Assembly: GCA_035650735.1 (NCBI GenBank) | Contig: DASRGZ010000055.1 | Location: 1 to 34,065 of the forward strand | Direction: 5' to 3' | Length of the DNA stretch: 34,065 nucleotides | DNA from: Chthonomonadaceae bacterium | Lineage (GTDB): Bacteria > Armatimonadota > Chthonomonadetes > Chthonomonadales > Chthonomonadaceae | In this document: piece by piece, positions 1 through 8,931 of the stretch | How positions within the stretch are numbered: position 1 is the first letter of the stretch | Layout: the number at the start of each line of letters is the position of its first letter | Program-made: the position numbers and the translations under genes | The notes under the pieces: model-generated | The model's input: the letters and a program-made list of their open reading frames with translations, nothing else | Database searches by the model: none | What the model was told of the DNA's origin: nothing

Positions 1-49
1 CTGCCCAGCGGCCGGGAAGTGAGCCGAGGAGAACGGTCCGATTGAGTGC

Positions 50-443
50 CTACCCTGCTAGCCACTGGTCCAGCCATGCGAACGCCTCCGCCTGCATCGG
101 GCCGTCGAGCTTGTGACCGCCCGGATACAACGAAAGGCGGAAGGCGCTGGGCGCGCCCGCACGCGCATAGACTTCGGCCAGGATCTGCCCGCTGATCCGG
201 ACTTCGGAGGTGGTGAAGAGTGGGTCCGCGGTGCTGCTGAGGACAAGGGCCGGCAGGGGAGCGCGCAGGCCCAGGATCTCCGGAAAGTCCAGGTCGCGCG
301 CCAGGAGCGGCGCGTAGGTCATCCAGGTGTGTGTATGGCTCTTGTTCAGCAGCAAGTCCTGCCAGGTCGTCATGAAGCCAGCGCAGAAACAGCAGCGAAT
401 ACGCTCCTCCAGACCGGCCAGGTAGACGATGCGCAGTCCTCCT
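50..443 (-). pseudogene. C-terminal fragment of an alpha/beta hydrolase (dienelactone hydrolase/acetylxylan esterase-like)
   Basis: GGLRIVYLAGLEERIR...DFPEILGLRAPLPALV...DPLF...YPGGHKLDGPMQAEAFAWLDQWL* resembles the part of this family after the nucleophile elbow, including candidate catalytic Asp and His. The upstream part of ORF 50..709 does not look homologous and no convincing start is present. Confidence 0.6.
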
Positions 444-585
444 CTGCCGCTGTGGGTGTTGGTCCACTCGTCGTAGTAGCGCCAGAGGAGCCAGAGGACG
501 GGACAGGGGCATCTAAATAGAAACAGAAGTGCCAGGCAATCCGAAAAGCCACACTCGCTGTACCCAATTAACCAGTGAGCGTGCC

Positions 586-672
586 CTACACCGCCTTGAG
601 CGCCCGCCGCGCCGTCTCCGTCTCGTCGCCCCAGGTATTGCTCAGATAGACAAAAACCAGGTCCCAGTCCGC
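586..672 (-). pseudogene. Short relic resembling the extreme C-terminus of a beta-lactamase-like serine hydrolase
   Basis: Manual translation ADWDLVFVYLSNTWGDETETARRALKAV* resembles the 'DP..DLVFVFLTN' C-terminal strand of serine hydrolases. An in-frame stop lies about 11 codons upstream and no start codon was found. Confidence 0.35.
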
Positions 673-902
673 ACCAGCGGTGCGCCTCGGGAGTCCGATT
701 GGTCAACATGTCTTGCGTCAGGACCTGCCGGGCAAACGGCGCGGGTTTCGTGGGCAGCGGTTGGGTCTTAGCCGCTAGCCCGCCGGGTACATCGCTTGGC
801 GGATACTTACGGTATTTGATGGGGAAGAGGGACTTTCCGTTGTTTCTCGACGCGCCGCTGCCAGAAGGCAGGTGATTGTACGAAGTTACCCTACCTGGGT
901 GT

Positions 903-1883
903 TTAGGTTTTGATCGCGCCGAGGCGCGGTAGGCTAAACTCCACCTTCGTCAGCACGCCGTCATCGGCGGGAACCCCGATCGCTTCCAGCGCCAGCAGGG
1001 CCGCGCCGACCGCCGCCGGGACGCGCGCGGGCACAATCGCCGCCTGCGGTGCCACGCGCTGGACGACCTCCCGGAAGGAGCGCAGCACCAGCCGCCCGGA
1101 TCGAAAAACGCCGCCCACAGTGCCTACGGTCACTGGCTGGGTTTCCAGGCACAGCTTCAGGAGCACCTTGTTGGCAATCAGGGCCAATTCTTTGCCGGCC
1201 TCGCGCAGAATGCGGCGGGCCACCGCATCGCCCAAAACGGCGGCACGGCCCACCACTTCGGAAAGCGCGGCAATATCCGGCCGGGTCATCGCGCCGGAAT
1301 AGATGCGTTTATGTACGTGCTTGAGGTCGGGGACTGCGAGATGCTGGAGGAGCAACGGCAGAATCTGGGTCGGGGGGGCGATGCCGTCGCTGGCCCGGCA
1401 GCAGGCATTGAGCCCGCGCACGGCGATCCAGTAGCCGCTGCCCTCATCGCCCAGCAGGTAGCCCCAGCCGCCAGCCGATGCCTCCTCGCCCTCGGCATTG
1501 ATGCCGTAGGCCGCCGCTCCGGTGCCCGCGATCACGACCACACCCGGACGGCCAAACGTAACGGAATAGAGCGCAATTTTGGTATCGTGCCCAAAGATCA
1601 GGCGGTCGGTCGGCACGACGGGCGCGCAGATCTCCTGCATATGCGCCGTGCCTCCGGTCATGCCCAGGCAGGCGGCAGCGATGCGTGCGTTCTCCAGGTC
1701 GGCCATCCTAATAGCGCCGCGCACGGCCTCCGTCAAAGAGCGACGCACGCGCTCGACTCCCCCCGGCTCGTGGATGTGGTTGGCGGGGCCGCCGTGCCCG
1801 ATGCCCAGCAGACATCCGGTCGCGTCGGTGATTACGGCCGTCGTGCTGGTCTGTCCGCCATCTACGCCCAGAACATAACGCAT
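903..1883 (-). CDS. BadF/BadG/BcrA/BcrD-family kinase (N-acetylglucosamine/N-acetylmuramic acid kinase-like)
   Basis: Starts MRYVLGVDGGQTST (phosphate-1 motif); VIAGTG, GGWGYLLGDEGSGYWIA and VGGVF motifs. The ORF-track extension to 2384 runs through intergenic repeats. Confidence 0.88.
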   Translation of the reverse strand: MRYVLGVDGGQTSTTAVITDATGCLLGIGHGGPANHIHEPGGVERVRRSLTEAVRGAIRMADLENARIAAACLGMTGGTAHMQEICAPVVPTDRLIFGHDTKIALYSVTFGRPGVVVIAGTGAAAYGINAEGEEASAGGWGYLLGDEGSGYWIAVRGLNACCRASDGIAPPTQILPLLLQHLAVPDLKHVHKRIYSGAMTRPDIAALSEVVGRAAVLGDAVARRILREAGKELALIANKVLLKLCLETQPVTVGTVGGVFRSGRLVLRSFREVVQRVAPQAAIVPARVPAAVGAALLALEAIGVPADDGVLTKVEFSLPRLGAIKT

Positions 1884-2059
1884 GATAGGCTGCTCCCCCT
1901 GGCTAAATCGCTGCAAAATTCCGCACGACAGAGTGCGATTCCTGCTGCTTTCTCTGAATGAACGGGGAAGAGGGAGACTCGGCTTCTGTTCCCCCTTCTC
2001 CCTTGCAGGGAGAAGGGACGGGGATGAGGGGAGATAAGGCAGAGCGGAAGAGCCTGGGA

Positions 2060-2154
2060 GTGAGAGCCTCTCCCCTGTTGTTGGGGATCCCTTGCCCTTG
2101 TTGTCCCTGCGATTGGTCTGGCGTGTGAGAGCCTCTCCCCTGTTGTTGGGGATC
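2060..2154. repeat. Exact 30-bp direct repeat x2 with a 35-bp spacer
   Basis: GTGAGAGCCTCTCCCCTGTTGTTGGGGATC at 2060-2089 and 2125-2154; internal TCCCC/GGGGA hairpin. The core recurs inverted at about 5119-5138. Confidence 0.9.
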
Positions 2155-2340
2155 GCTAGGCGGAGGGGTGTGGCAAGGCAGAGCCGTGTCGCAAGGTGTC
2201 GCAAGGCGGAGGCAAGGGCCGTAACCTTGCCGACCCTGGCAGTGGGGCGAACCATGGTAGCCCCGACCCTAGCAGTAGGGGGATAGGGGGTGAGGGCGAC
2301 CCTACCCCCTACCCCCTGCGCGAGGGGCCGGGGGTGAGGG
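2155..2340 (+). repeat. Composite intergenic repeat family A, copy 1
   Basis: GTCGCAAGGTGTCGCAAGGCGGAG module, GCCGTAACC, CGACCCT(G/A)GCAGT units at 2231 and 2264, and GGGGTGAGGG modules. Confidence 0.85.
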
Positions 2341-2425
2341 CCGGCTCTGGACGAACGGAGCATTGCGCGTGCGGTTGCGGGCACCCAAACGGAGAATCTT
2401 GTGGCCTGGAAACGAGGGCAACAGG

Positions 2426-2522
2426 GCGCACCTGTCGAACAAGGTGGGTAACGCTACCCGGCGCGGATTCGGTTCCGACGCTGCAATTGCGCGCACCTGT
2501 CGAACAAGGTGGGTAACGCTAC
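2426..2522. repeat. Exact 32-bp direct repeat x2 with a 33-bp spacer
   Basis: GCGCACCTGTCGAACAAGGTGGGTAACGCTAC at 2426-2457 and 2491-2522; internal CACCT/AGGTG stem; ends just before the RBS of the 2540 gene. Confidence 0.9.
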
Positions 2523-2539
2523 ACTTAAGGAGAGGACTG

Positions 2540-3622
2540 ATGGCACACCTGGCTCCCGGCGTCGCGCCGGCCGACCTGCTGCGCGCGGACTTCAAATTTC
2601 TGGATGAGCGCGATACGCTGCGCACCACCTGGGCAGACGAGCAGCTCATCCTGCTGCCCTCGGTGCAGAGCCACGCCCATGAGGGGCATGGGATCTTCAA
2701 CGGCCGCCGCTACACCAATACCTCTGAGGACGATGTGGCGCGCGCTCTGCGCCTGGATCCGGCTGCGGTCAAGGAGGCGAGGCAGTCCCTGATTGATGAG
2801 ATCGCCGACTATGCAGATCGAGCCCTTAGCGGCAACCCGCCCGCGCATCTGCTCACTGCGCGGGAGGAGCCGCTACTGGGCATGAGCACGCTGCGCTACC
2901 TACAGGTGCAGGCGGCCGATGTGCTGCGCGGCCTCTATCTGGGCGGCCTGCGCGACAAGGCCGAAATCCGTCATGAAGTAGAGCAGCAGACCGGCGTGCA
3001 GATGGGAGGCGGCAAGTGCTACCTTGTGGACCGCAATGTCATGGCGCGGCTGGGGCTGGATGGCGACAAGCTGGCCCACGGCGCCTGGGCAGATAAGATC
3101 GCGGAGTTCAAGCAGAACGGGCTCATCGTCGGTCAGGATCGTAAGGATGATCCGAACGTGATCTACCAGTACATCCGCTACTGGCCGGGGCCGGGCGCCT
3201 CCGACGACGCCGCCATCGTCGCCGCCGGGTTCCGCTGGGGCGTGGGCGTGGCCGTCGGGGTCTTTCTGGCCGACGCCATAGATACCCTGGAGAAGTATGT
3301 GCCCGTCTACAGCGACCAGGACGCACGGATCGCCGAGACCATCGAAGGCAGGTTCGCCGACCTTAATCTAAGCCGGGAGGACGCGCGCCAGTTAACGCTG
3401 TGGGCGGCGGCGCTGGATACGTCCGACTACCAGGTGCCCGATAGCTCCCTGCGCCATCTGCTGGCCGTAGACCGCAAAGTGGATCTCTGCGCCGCCGAAA
3501 GCCATCTGCTGACGGTGATGGGCGTGCCTTGCCCGACCATCGGCCTGGGACACGAACGCACCTCCAGCCACCGGTTCTATGACTACGTGCGCAAACGGAT
3601 GGAGGGCTGGATACCCGCCTGA
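2540..3622 (+). CDS. Hypothetical protein (360 aa), unrecognised family
   Basis: AAGGAGAGG RBS before ATG 2540, GC3-rich codon usage, globular composition with motif-like segments (GLYLGGLRD, GASDDAA, LADAIDTLEKY, PDSSLRH, ESHL). Confidence 0.8.
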   Translation: MAHLAPGVAPADLLRADFKFLDERDTLRTTWADEQLILLPSVQSHAHEGHGIFNGRRYTNTSEDDVARALRLDPAAVKEARQSLIDEIADYADRALSGNPPAHLLTAREEPLLGMSTLRYLQVQAADVLRGLYLGGLRDKAEIRHEVEQQTGVQMGGGKCYLVDRNVMARLGLDGDKLAHGAWADKIAEFKQNGLIVGQDRKDDPNVIYQYIRYWPGPGASDDAAIVAAGFRWGVGVAVGVFLADAIDTLEKYVPVYSDQDARIAETIEGRFADLNLSREDARQLTLWAAALDTSDYQVPDSSLRHLLAVDRKVDLCAAESHLLTVMGVPCPTIGLGHERTSSHRFYDYVRKRMEGWIPA

Positions 3623-3683
3623 ACCTGAAATTCTATCCCACCGCGAGGCGGCTCCGTGCAACCTCCCCAAACTGGGGATGAGC

Positions 3684-4496
3684 TCACTCGAACTCGTAAG
3701 CGCCTTCTGCTGCCGCCCACTCATAGGCCAGGCGGGGTATCTGCGTGGCGAGCTTGCCGCCGCTGATGTCTATGAGCGTGCCGGTGATGTAGCTTGCCAG
3801 ATCGGAGGAGAGGAAGCAGATCAGGTTGGCGATCTCCTGTGCCTGTCCCCAGCGCCGTAGCGAGAGCGTATCCAGGAGGCGCTGCTGCCGCTCTGGAGGC
3901 GCTTCGGCGAAGTGATTCATCTGCGTCGGGATCATGCCGGGCGCGTAGCAGTTGACCGTGATCTTCCAGGGGCCAAGCTCCCCGGCCAATACGCGCGTCA
4001 GAAAGACAACGCCCGCTTTCGAGGAGGCATAGGCCGCGCTGCCGAGGGAGGGGACAATGGCAGCAAAGGAGGCCGCGTTGATGATTCGCCCGGACTTCTG
4101 CCGCTTCATCACCGGGATCACGCTCCGGCACATCAGGAACGTTCCCTTCAGGTTGGTGTCGTGGTTGACGTCCCAGTCCTCCTCCGAGAGCGTTTCGACC
4201 GGCCCGCCTGCCGCCACGCCCGCGTTGTTGACTAGAATATCTATGCGCCCGTAGCTCTCCAGGATCTCCCCGATCAATCGGCTTACCTGGGCGCTATCGC
4301 GGACGTCGCACAGGACCTGCCGCCCCTCCCAGCCGTTCTCCCGGAACTCCTGGGCGACCTCTTCCAGTAAGTCGGGCTGAAAGTCGGCGGCAACGGTCCT
4401 GACGCCCTCACGGGCAAGAGTTGCCGCGATGGTACGCCCGATCCCCCGCCCGGCTCCGGTCACAATCGCCACTTTATCCCGCAGATCAATTTGCAC
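3684..4496 (-). CDS. SDR family NAD(P)-dependent oxidoreductase (FabG-like)
   Basis: TGAGRGIG, NNAG, YASSK and PG motifs; GTG start at 4496 with GGAGG RBS. Confidence 0.92.
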   Translation of the reverse strand: MQIDLRDKVAIVTGAGRGIGRTIAATLAREGVRTVAADFQPDLLEEVAQEFRENGWEGRQVLCDVRDSAQVSRLIGEILESYGRIDILVNNAGVAAGGPVETLSEEDWDVNHDTNLKGTFLMCRSVIPVMKRQKSGRIINAASFAAIVPSLGSAAYASSKAGVVFLTRVLAGELGPWKITVNCYAPGMIPTQMNHFAEAPPERQQRLLDTLSLRRWGQAQEIANLICFLSSDLASYITGTLIDISGGKLATQIPRLAYEWAAAEGAYEFE

Positions 4497-5034
4497 TGGC
4501 GGTCGCCTCCCTCGTCTTGCTTGCCCCGGCCCGGCGGCTGGATGCCGGCATTTCCTGCGTGGGCAGCGCAAAAGCCACAAAGCTGTCTCCCGATGCTGTT
4601 CCCAGCTTGCCGCCTCTGCCCGACGCCAGGATCGCGGGCTTCTTCTCGGCATAGGGATCAAACGTCCACAAGGGACACCCTGTGGCCGCATCGAGCGCGA
4701 TCACGTTCGAGCGGGCCGAGGTGACATGCATCACGCCCTCAACGACAATGGGCATACATTCGATGGTCGTTCCCTGCCCCGCGTCTCCGGTGTGGTACAT
4801 CCAGGCCACTTGCAGGTCTCTGATGTTCTTGCGGTTGATCTGCGCCAGGGCGGAATAGCGCGTGCCGCCCTTGTCCCCGCCGACATTCGGCCAGTCCGTA
4901 GCGGGGGCAGAGGGCGCGTCACGGCCAGGCAGCCGCATCCTTCTGAAGGCGCTGCGAGAAGCGGATGGGACGCTGGGGGCAGAAGGAGCCTTACAGACAA
5001 GCGGCAATGCCGACAGAGCCAGAGGCAGGAACAT
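4486..5034 (-). pseudogene. Internally deleted PQQ-dependent (quinoprotein) glucose dehydrogenase
   Basis: The N-terminal DWPNVGGDKGGTRYSALAQINRKNI..LQVAW.YHTGD...IECMPIVVEG...ALDAATG..LWTFDP is joined directly to the family's terminal motif GGKLGT.SGDSFVAFALP. Only 182 aa; AGAGGAG RBS. Confidence 0.75.
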
Positions 5035-5072
5035 GCATATCTCTCCTCTGGCCCCACCCCGGCCTGCGGCCA

Positions 5073-5206
5073 CCCACTGCTAGGGTCGGCCCTGCAATGG
5101 TTCGCGCCTCCGCCTAGCGATCCCCAACAACAGGGGAGGGGAGAGTCAGTGTTGGCTTCTCGGTTCCCCTCTCCTAGCATTGGGAGAGGGGGACAGGGGG
5201 TGAGGG
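5073..5206 (-). repeat. Composite intergenic repeat family A, copy 2 (inverted)
   Basis: CCCACTGCTAGGGTCGG, CTCCGCCTAGCGATCCCCAACAACAGGGGAG (reverse complement of about 2135-2165) and a CCCCTCTCC...GGAGAGGGG hairpin. Confidence 0.8.
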
Positions 5207-5267
5207 CCGTATGGATTAATTGAATGGCCCTGGAGGCAGATCAGGGCCAGGTTTCTGACAAACAGGC

Positions 5268-6563
5268 CTATCCGGTGGGGTGCAGGGCGCGGGCGGCAAT
5301 ATCATGGCGATAGTGCATCCCGTCGAAATGGATATGGCTCATTCCGGCATAGGCGCGCTCGGCAGCCGCCGCCAGGGTATCGCCCAGGCCGGTGACGCTC
5401 AGAACGCGCCCGCCGTCGGTCAGCAGCTGGCCGTCTGCGGCGCGCGTCCCGGCCTGAAACACCAGGCAGTCCTCCAACTGTTCCGCCTGTTCCACTCCGG
5501 TAATCACCTTGCCCGTATCGAATTCGCCCGGATAGCCGCCGGAGGCCGCCACGACGCACACCGCGCCACCGGGCCGCCATCGTAGCTCCGTCTTATCCAG
5601 CGTGCAATCGGTCACGCTCTGGAGCAGGGGAACGAGATCGCTTTCCAGGCGCGGCAGCACCGCCTGCGTCTCCGGGTCTCCCAGGCGGCAGTTGAACTCG
5701 ATGGCCTTGAGTCCCTGCTCCGTGACCATGATGCCGGCATAAAGGACGCCCCGATAGGGAATGCCCAGGTCGCGAATGGCCGCGATGGCCGGCTTGAGAA
5801 TGGTCTCCACCGCCTGCTGAGCCGTATCCGGGGGAACGACGGGCACCGGACTATACGCCCCCATGCCGCCGGTGTTGGGGCCGAGGTCCTCGTCAAAGAC
5901 CCGCTTGTAATCCTGCGAGGGCACCAGCGGCACGACCGCTTCGCCGTCCGTGATCGCCATGATGGAAGCTTCCTGCCCATACAGGCATTCCTCTATGACG
6001 ACGCGATCTCCCGCCCCGCCGAAGATCCGCTCCTCCATGATGCGATGGACGGCGTTCAGCGCCTGCGCCTCGTTATCCGCCACGACCACGCCCTTGCCCG
6101 CCGCCAGCCCATCCGCCTTGACGACGATCTTGGTCATCGGCTCGCGCCCGGCGTAATAGTCGCGGATGCGGTCGCGGGCCTCCTCCGGCGAGTCGCAGAT
6201 CCAGAAGCGTGCGGTCGGGATGCCGGCGCTCTCCATGAGCTGCTTGGCGAAGACCTTGCTGCCCTCGATGCGCGCCGGGTCGGTGGAGGGGCCGAAAATG
6301 GCGAGGCCGCGCGCCTCAAAGCGATCCACGATCCCGGCGATCAACGGCGCTTCCGGCCCGACCATGGTGAGATCGATGCGCTGCTGGGCGGCAAAATCGG
6401 CCAGCGCATAGATGTTGGTCGGCTTGAGCGGCACGCACTCGGCCAGCCGGGCAATGCCTGCGTTGCCCGGCGCGCAATAGATTTTCTCCACCAGCGGACT
6501 TTGGGCGATCTTCCACACCAGCGCGTGCTCGCGCCCTCCGCCACCGATCACCAGAATGCGCAT
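5268..6563 (-). CDS. purD: Phosphoribosylamine--glycine ligase
   Basis: MRILVIGGGGREHAL, APGNAG, KADGLAAGKGV, GPNTGGMGAYSP, EFNCRLGDPETQ. Confidence 0.98.
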   Translation of the reverse strand: MRILVIGGGGREHALVWKIAQSPLVEKIYCAPGNAGIARLAECVPLKPTNIYALADFAAQQRIDLTMVGPEAPLIAGIVDRFEARGLAIFGPSTDPARIEGSKVFAKQLMESAGIPTARFWICDSPEEARDRIRDYYAGREPMTKIVVKADGLAAGKGVVVADNEAQALNAVHRIMEERIFGGAGDRVVIEECLYGQEASIMAITDGEAVVPLVPSQDYKRVFDEDLGPNTGGMGAYSPVPVVPPDTAQQAVETILKPAIAAIRDLGIPYRGVLYAGIMVTEQGLKAIEFNCRLGDPETQAVLPRLESDLVPLLQSVTDCTLDKTELRWRPGGAVCVVAASGGYPGEFDTGKVITGVEQAEQLEDCLVFQAGTRAADGQLLTDGGRVLSVTGLGDTLAAAAERAYAGMSHIHFDGMHYRHDIAARALHPTG

Positions 6564-6643
6564 CTTCTCTCCTCTTTAGCGTGCCTGCCAAACTCTCCCC
6601 TGCTGCTCTGGAAGAAAAGGCTATACGGGTTTTGTCAGAACTC

Positions 6644-8062
6644 TTAGCCCTCGTCGCCGCCATCCATATGCGCACGGTCAAGATTTTCAAAGCGGGCGTA
6701 GTGGGGCATAAAGCCGACGATGACGCGCCCGGTCGGGCCGTTGCGCTGCTTGGCGATGATAAGCTCGGCCTCTTCCATCTTCTCCGTGCCCTCCTCCTGC
6801 CGCTGTTGCTGCTCCTCTTCATCCTCCGCGCCCCGCGCCTCTTTCATTTTGTAGTAGGCGTCCCGGTAGATAAACAGGACGACGTCGGCCTCCGCCTCAA
6901 TCGCCCCAGATTCGCGCAGGTCTGACAACATGGGTCGTTTATCCGGCCTTGACTCGACAGCGCGCGAAAGCTGCGACAGCGCAACGACAGGAACTTTCAG
7001 CTCGCGTGCTAATCCCTTGCAGCCGCGTGCGATCTCGGAGAGTTCCTGGTTGCGGTTTTCGGTGCGCTTATGGGAGCGCATCAACTGCATATAGTCAATC
7101 AGGATGACGCCCAGGCCGTGCTCGGCTTTCAGGCGGCGGCACTTGGCGCGCATCTCCATGATGGAGACATCCGGCGTGTCGTCAATATAGATAGGCGCTT
7201 CCGCCAGGTTGCTGATGGCGTCGCCTACTTTCCGCCAGTCGCTATCCTGCAAGAACCCCGTGCGCAGCCGGTGCGCGTCCACCTTGCCCTCCGCGCAGAT
7301 CATACGGGTGACCAACTGCTCCTTCGACATCTCCAGGCTGAAGATCGCCGCCGGCAGCCGCTCCTTCATCGCAATATGTTGACATATCTGGACGGAAAGC
7401 GCCGTCTTTCCCATGGAAGGGCGGGCCGCGATGATGAACAGGTCGGAGGGCTGCAAGCCCGCCGTCATGTAGTTGAGGTCATCAAAGGGCGTCATCCGCC
7501 CGGTGGTCATGTTCTTGTTTTCGTAGCGCTTTTCCAGGCGGTCGAGTTCGGCATCGAGCAGCGGGCGCAGGTGATGGAAGAACTGCCCCATACGCCGCTG
7601 GCCCACGTTGAAGACCAGCCGCTCGGCCCGGTCTACCACGTCATCAATCGTGTCGTACTCTTCGTAGGCCAGCCCCTGTAGCTGCGTGCCCGCATCCAGC
7701 AGCCGCCGCAGGATGGATTTCTCCTCCACCATCTTAGCGTAATGCTCGACGTTGGCGGCAGTGGAGGGCGCCTCCATCAAACTGAGCAGATAGAGGTCGC
7801 CGCCGATATTTTCGTATTGGTTTTTGGCGCGCAACTCTTCGGAGAGAGTTATGAGGTCTACCGGCTCATCGCGTTCGGCCAGAGCCAGCATCGCTTCAAA
7901 GATATAGCGGTGGGCGTCACGGTAGAAATCTTCCGGCTTGAGGATTTCCGCCGCTTTCTCAACGGCAGGGCGCTCAATCAGCATCGAACCCAGAACGGCC
8001 TGCTCGGCTTCCAGGTTCTGAGGCGGGATACGGTCAAACGGTACGAGGCGATCTATCGCCAC
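6644..8062 (-). CDS. dnaB: Replicative DNA helicase
   Basis: PPQNLEAEQAVLG, AARPSMGKT, IDYMQL, LSQLSR, SDLRESGAIE, KQRNGPTG. GTG start at 8062 after GGAGGGG; no intein visible. Confidence 0.98.
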   Translation of the reverse strand: MAIDRLVPFDRIPPQNLEAEQAVLGSMLIERPAVEKAAEILKPEDFYRDAHRYIFEAMLALAERDEPVDLITLSEELRAKNQYENIGGDLYLLSLMEAPSTAANVEHYAKMVEEKSILRRLLDAGTQLQGLAYEEYDTIDDVVDRAERLVFNVGQRRMGQFFHHLRPLLDAELDRLEKRYENKNMTTGRMTPFDDLNYMTAGLQPSDLFIIAARPSMGKTALSVQICQHIAMKERLPAAIFSLEMSKEQLVTRMICAEGKVDAHRLRTGFLQDSDWRKVGDAISNLAEAPIYIDDTPDVSIMEMRAKCRRLKAEHGLGVILIDYMQLMRSHKRTENRNQELSEIARGCKGLARELKVPVVALSQLSRAVESRPDKRPMLSDLRESGAIEAEADVVLFIYRDAYYKMKEARGAEDEEEQQQRQEEGTEKMEEAELIIAKQRNGPTGRVIVGFMPHYARFENLDRAHMDGGDEG

Positions 8063-8119
8063 GGCGATCCCCTCCAGCGAACGGCTAGACTGGCAATCAG
8101 GTTGGCAATTAAGGAAGGA

Positions 8120-8295
8120 GCCCTCACCCCCTGCCCCACTGCTAGGGTCGGCGCTCAACGGTTCGCGCCACTGCCAGGGTCGGGCCTACAACAGTTCGGC
8201 CCTCCGCCTTGCGCCCCCCGGCGCTGCGGGAGAGGGGGAACGGGGAAGTCGGGTCACCCCCTTCCCTCTCAGGGAAGGGGGATGGGGGGTTAGGA
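8120..8295 (-). repeat. Composite intergenic repeat family A, copy 3 (inverted)
   Basis: CTGCTAGGGTCG (8139-8150), CTGCCAGGGTCG (8171-8182), CTCCGCCTTGCG and a CCCCTTCCCT/AGGGAAGGGG hairpin. Confidence 0.8.
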
Positions 8296-8304
8296 CAAGC
8301 AGGA

Positions 8305-8931
8305 TCAGGCTTCGGTTTCCGGGGCGGCTTCTTCTGGTTCCGCGCTGGCTTCCGCGCCCTGGGCGGCCTCTTGAGCCGCCTGCACTGCGGCAGCCTCTTG
8401 CTCGGCGCGGACAGCGGCCTCCGCCTCGCGAGTAGCCTTCTCCTCGGCGGCGATACGTGCCCGCTCGCGCGCTTCTAGCTGCTCCGGCGTCGCCACGTCC
8501 ACCGTGAACGGCACCACTACGTCCGGGTGAAGCTTGACCGTTAGCTCATAGAGGCCGGTCTGCTTGATCGGATCGATCAGGCTGATCTTGCGCTTGTCTA
8601 CTTCAATGCCTATCTCGCGCTGAATGGCCTCGGCAACATCGGCTTCCGTCACCGAGCCGAACAGGCGCGTGGAGCGAGGACTGGCCTTCGCCGGTATCAG
8701 GAAGGTGCGCCCGTTGATCTTCTCGGCGTTCTGCTGGGCGGTCGTCAACTGCTCGGCGCTGCGGGCGACCTCACGGGCCAGGCGATTTTGATGCTGCTTC
8801 ATTGCCGCGCCTTTGGCGACGACCGCCAGTTGGCGCGGGAACAGATAGTTGCGTGCGTAGCCATCGGCAACGGTGACGATCTCGCCGTCCCTGCCAAGCT
8901 TAGGCACGTCGCGGGTAAGTATAACTTTCAT
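8305..8931 (-). CDS. rplI: 50S ribosomal protein L9 with an Ala/Glu-rich C-terminal extension
   Basis: MKVILTRDVPKLG, V.DGYARNYLFP, LFGSVT, LHP; adjacent to dnaB. Confidence 0.97.
   Translation of the reverse strand: MKVILTRDVPKLGRDGEIVTVADGYARNYLFPRQLAVVAKGAAMKQHQNRLAREVARSAEQLTTAQQNAEKINGRTFLIPAKASPRSTRLFGSVTEADVAEAIQREIGIEVDKRKISLIDPIKQTGLYELTVKLHPDVVVPFTVDVATPEQLEARERARIAAEEKATREAEAAVRAEQEAAAVQAAQEAAQGAEASAEPEEAAPETEA

Noticed and set aside
1884..2384. 167-aa N-terminal extension of the kinase ORF (PTARVG repeats)
   Set aside because: It is a translation of the family A repeat on the minus strand; the kinase motif starts at ATG 1883. The same peptide appears in spurious ORFs at 31203-31451.
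2060..2522. Calling a true CRISPR array
   Set aside because: Each unit has only two repeats, the two repeat sequences are unrelated, there is no leader or cas gene, and one repeat is part of a dispersed family. Kept only as repeats and findings.
6644..8062. Intein in DnaB
   Set aside because: Length and motif continuity are normal for an uninterrupted DnaB.
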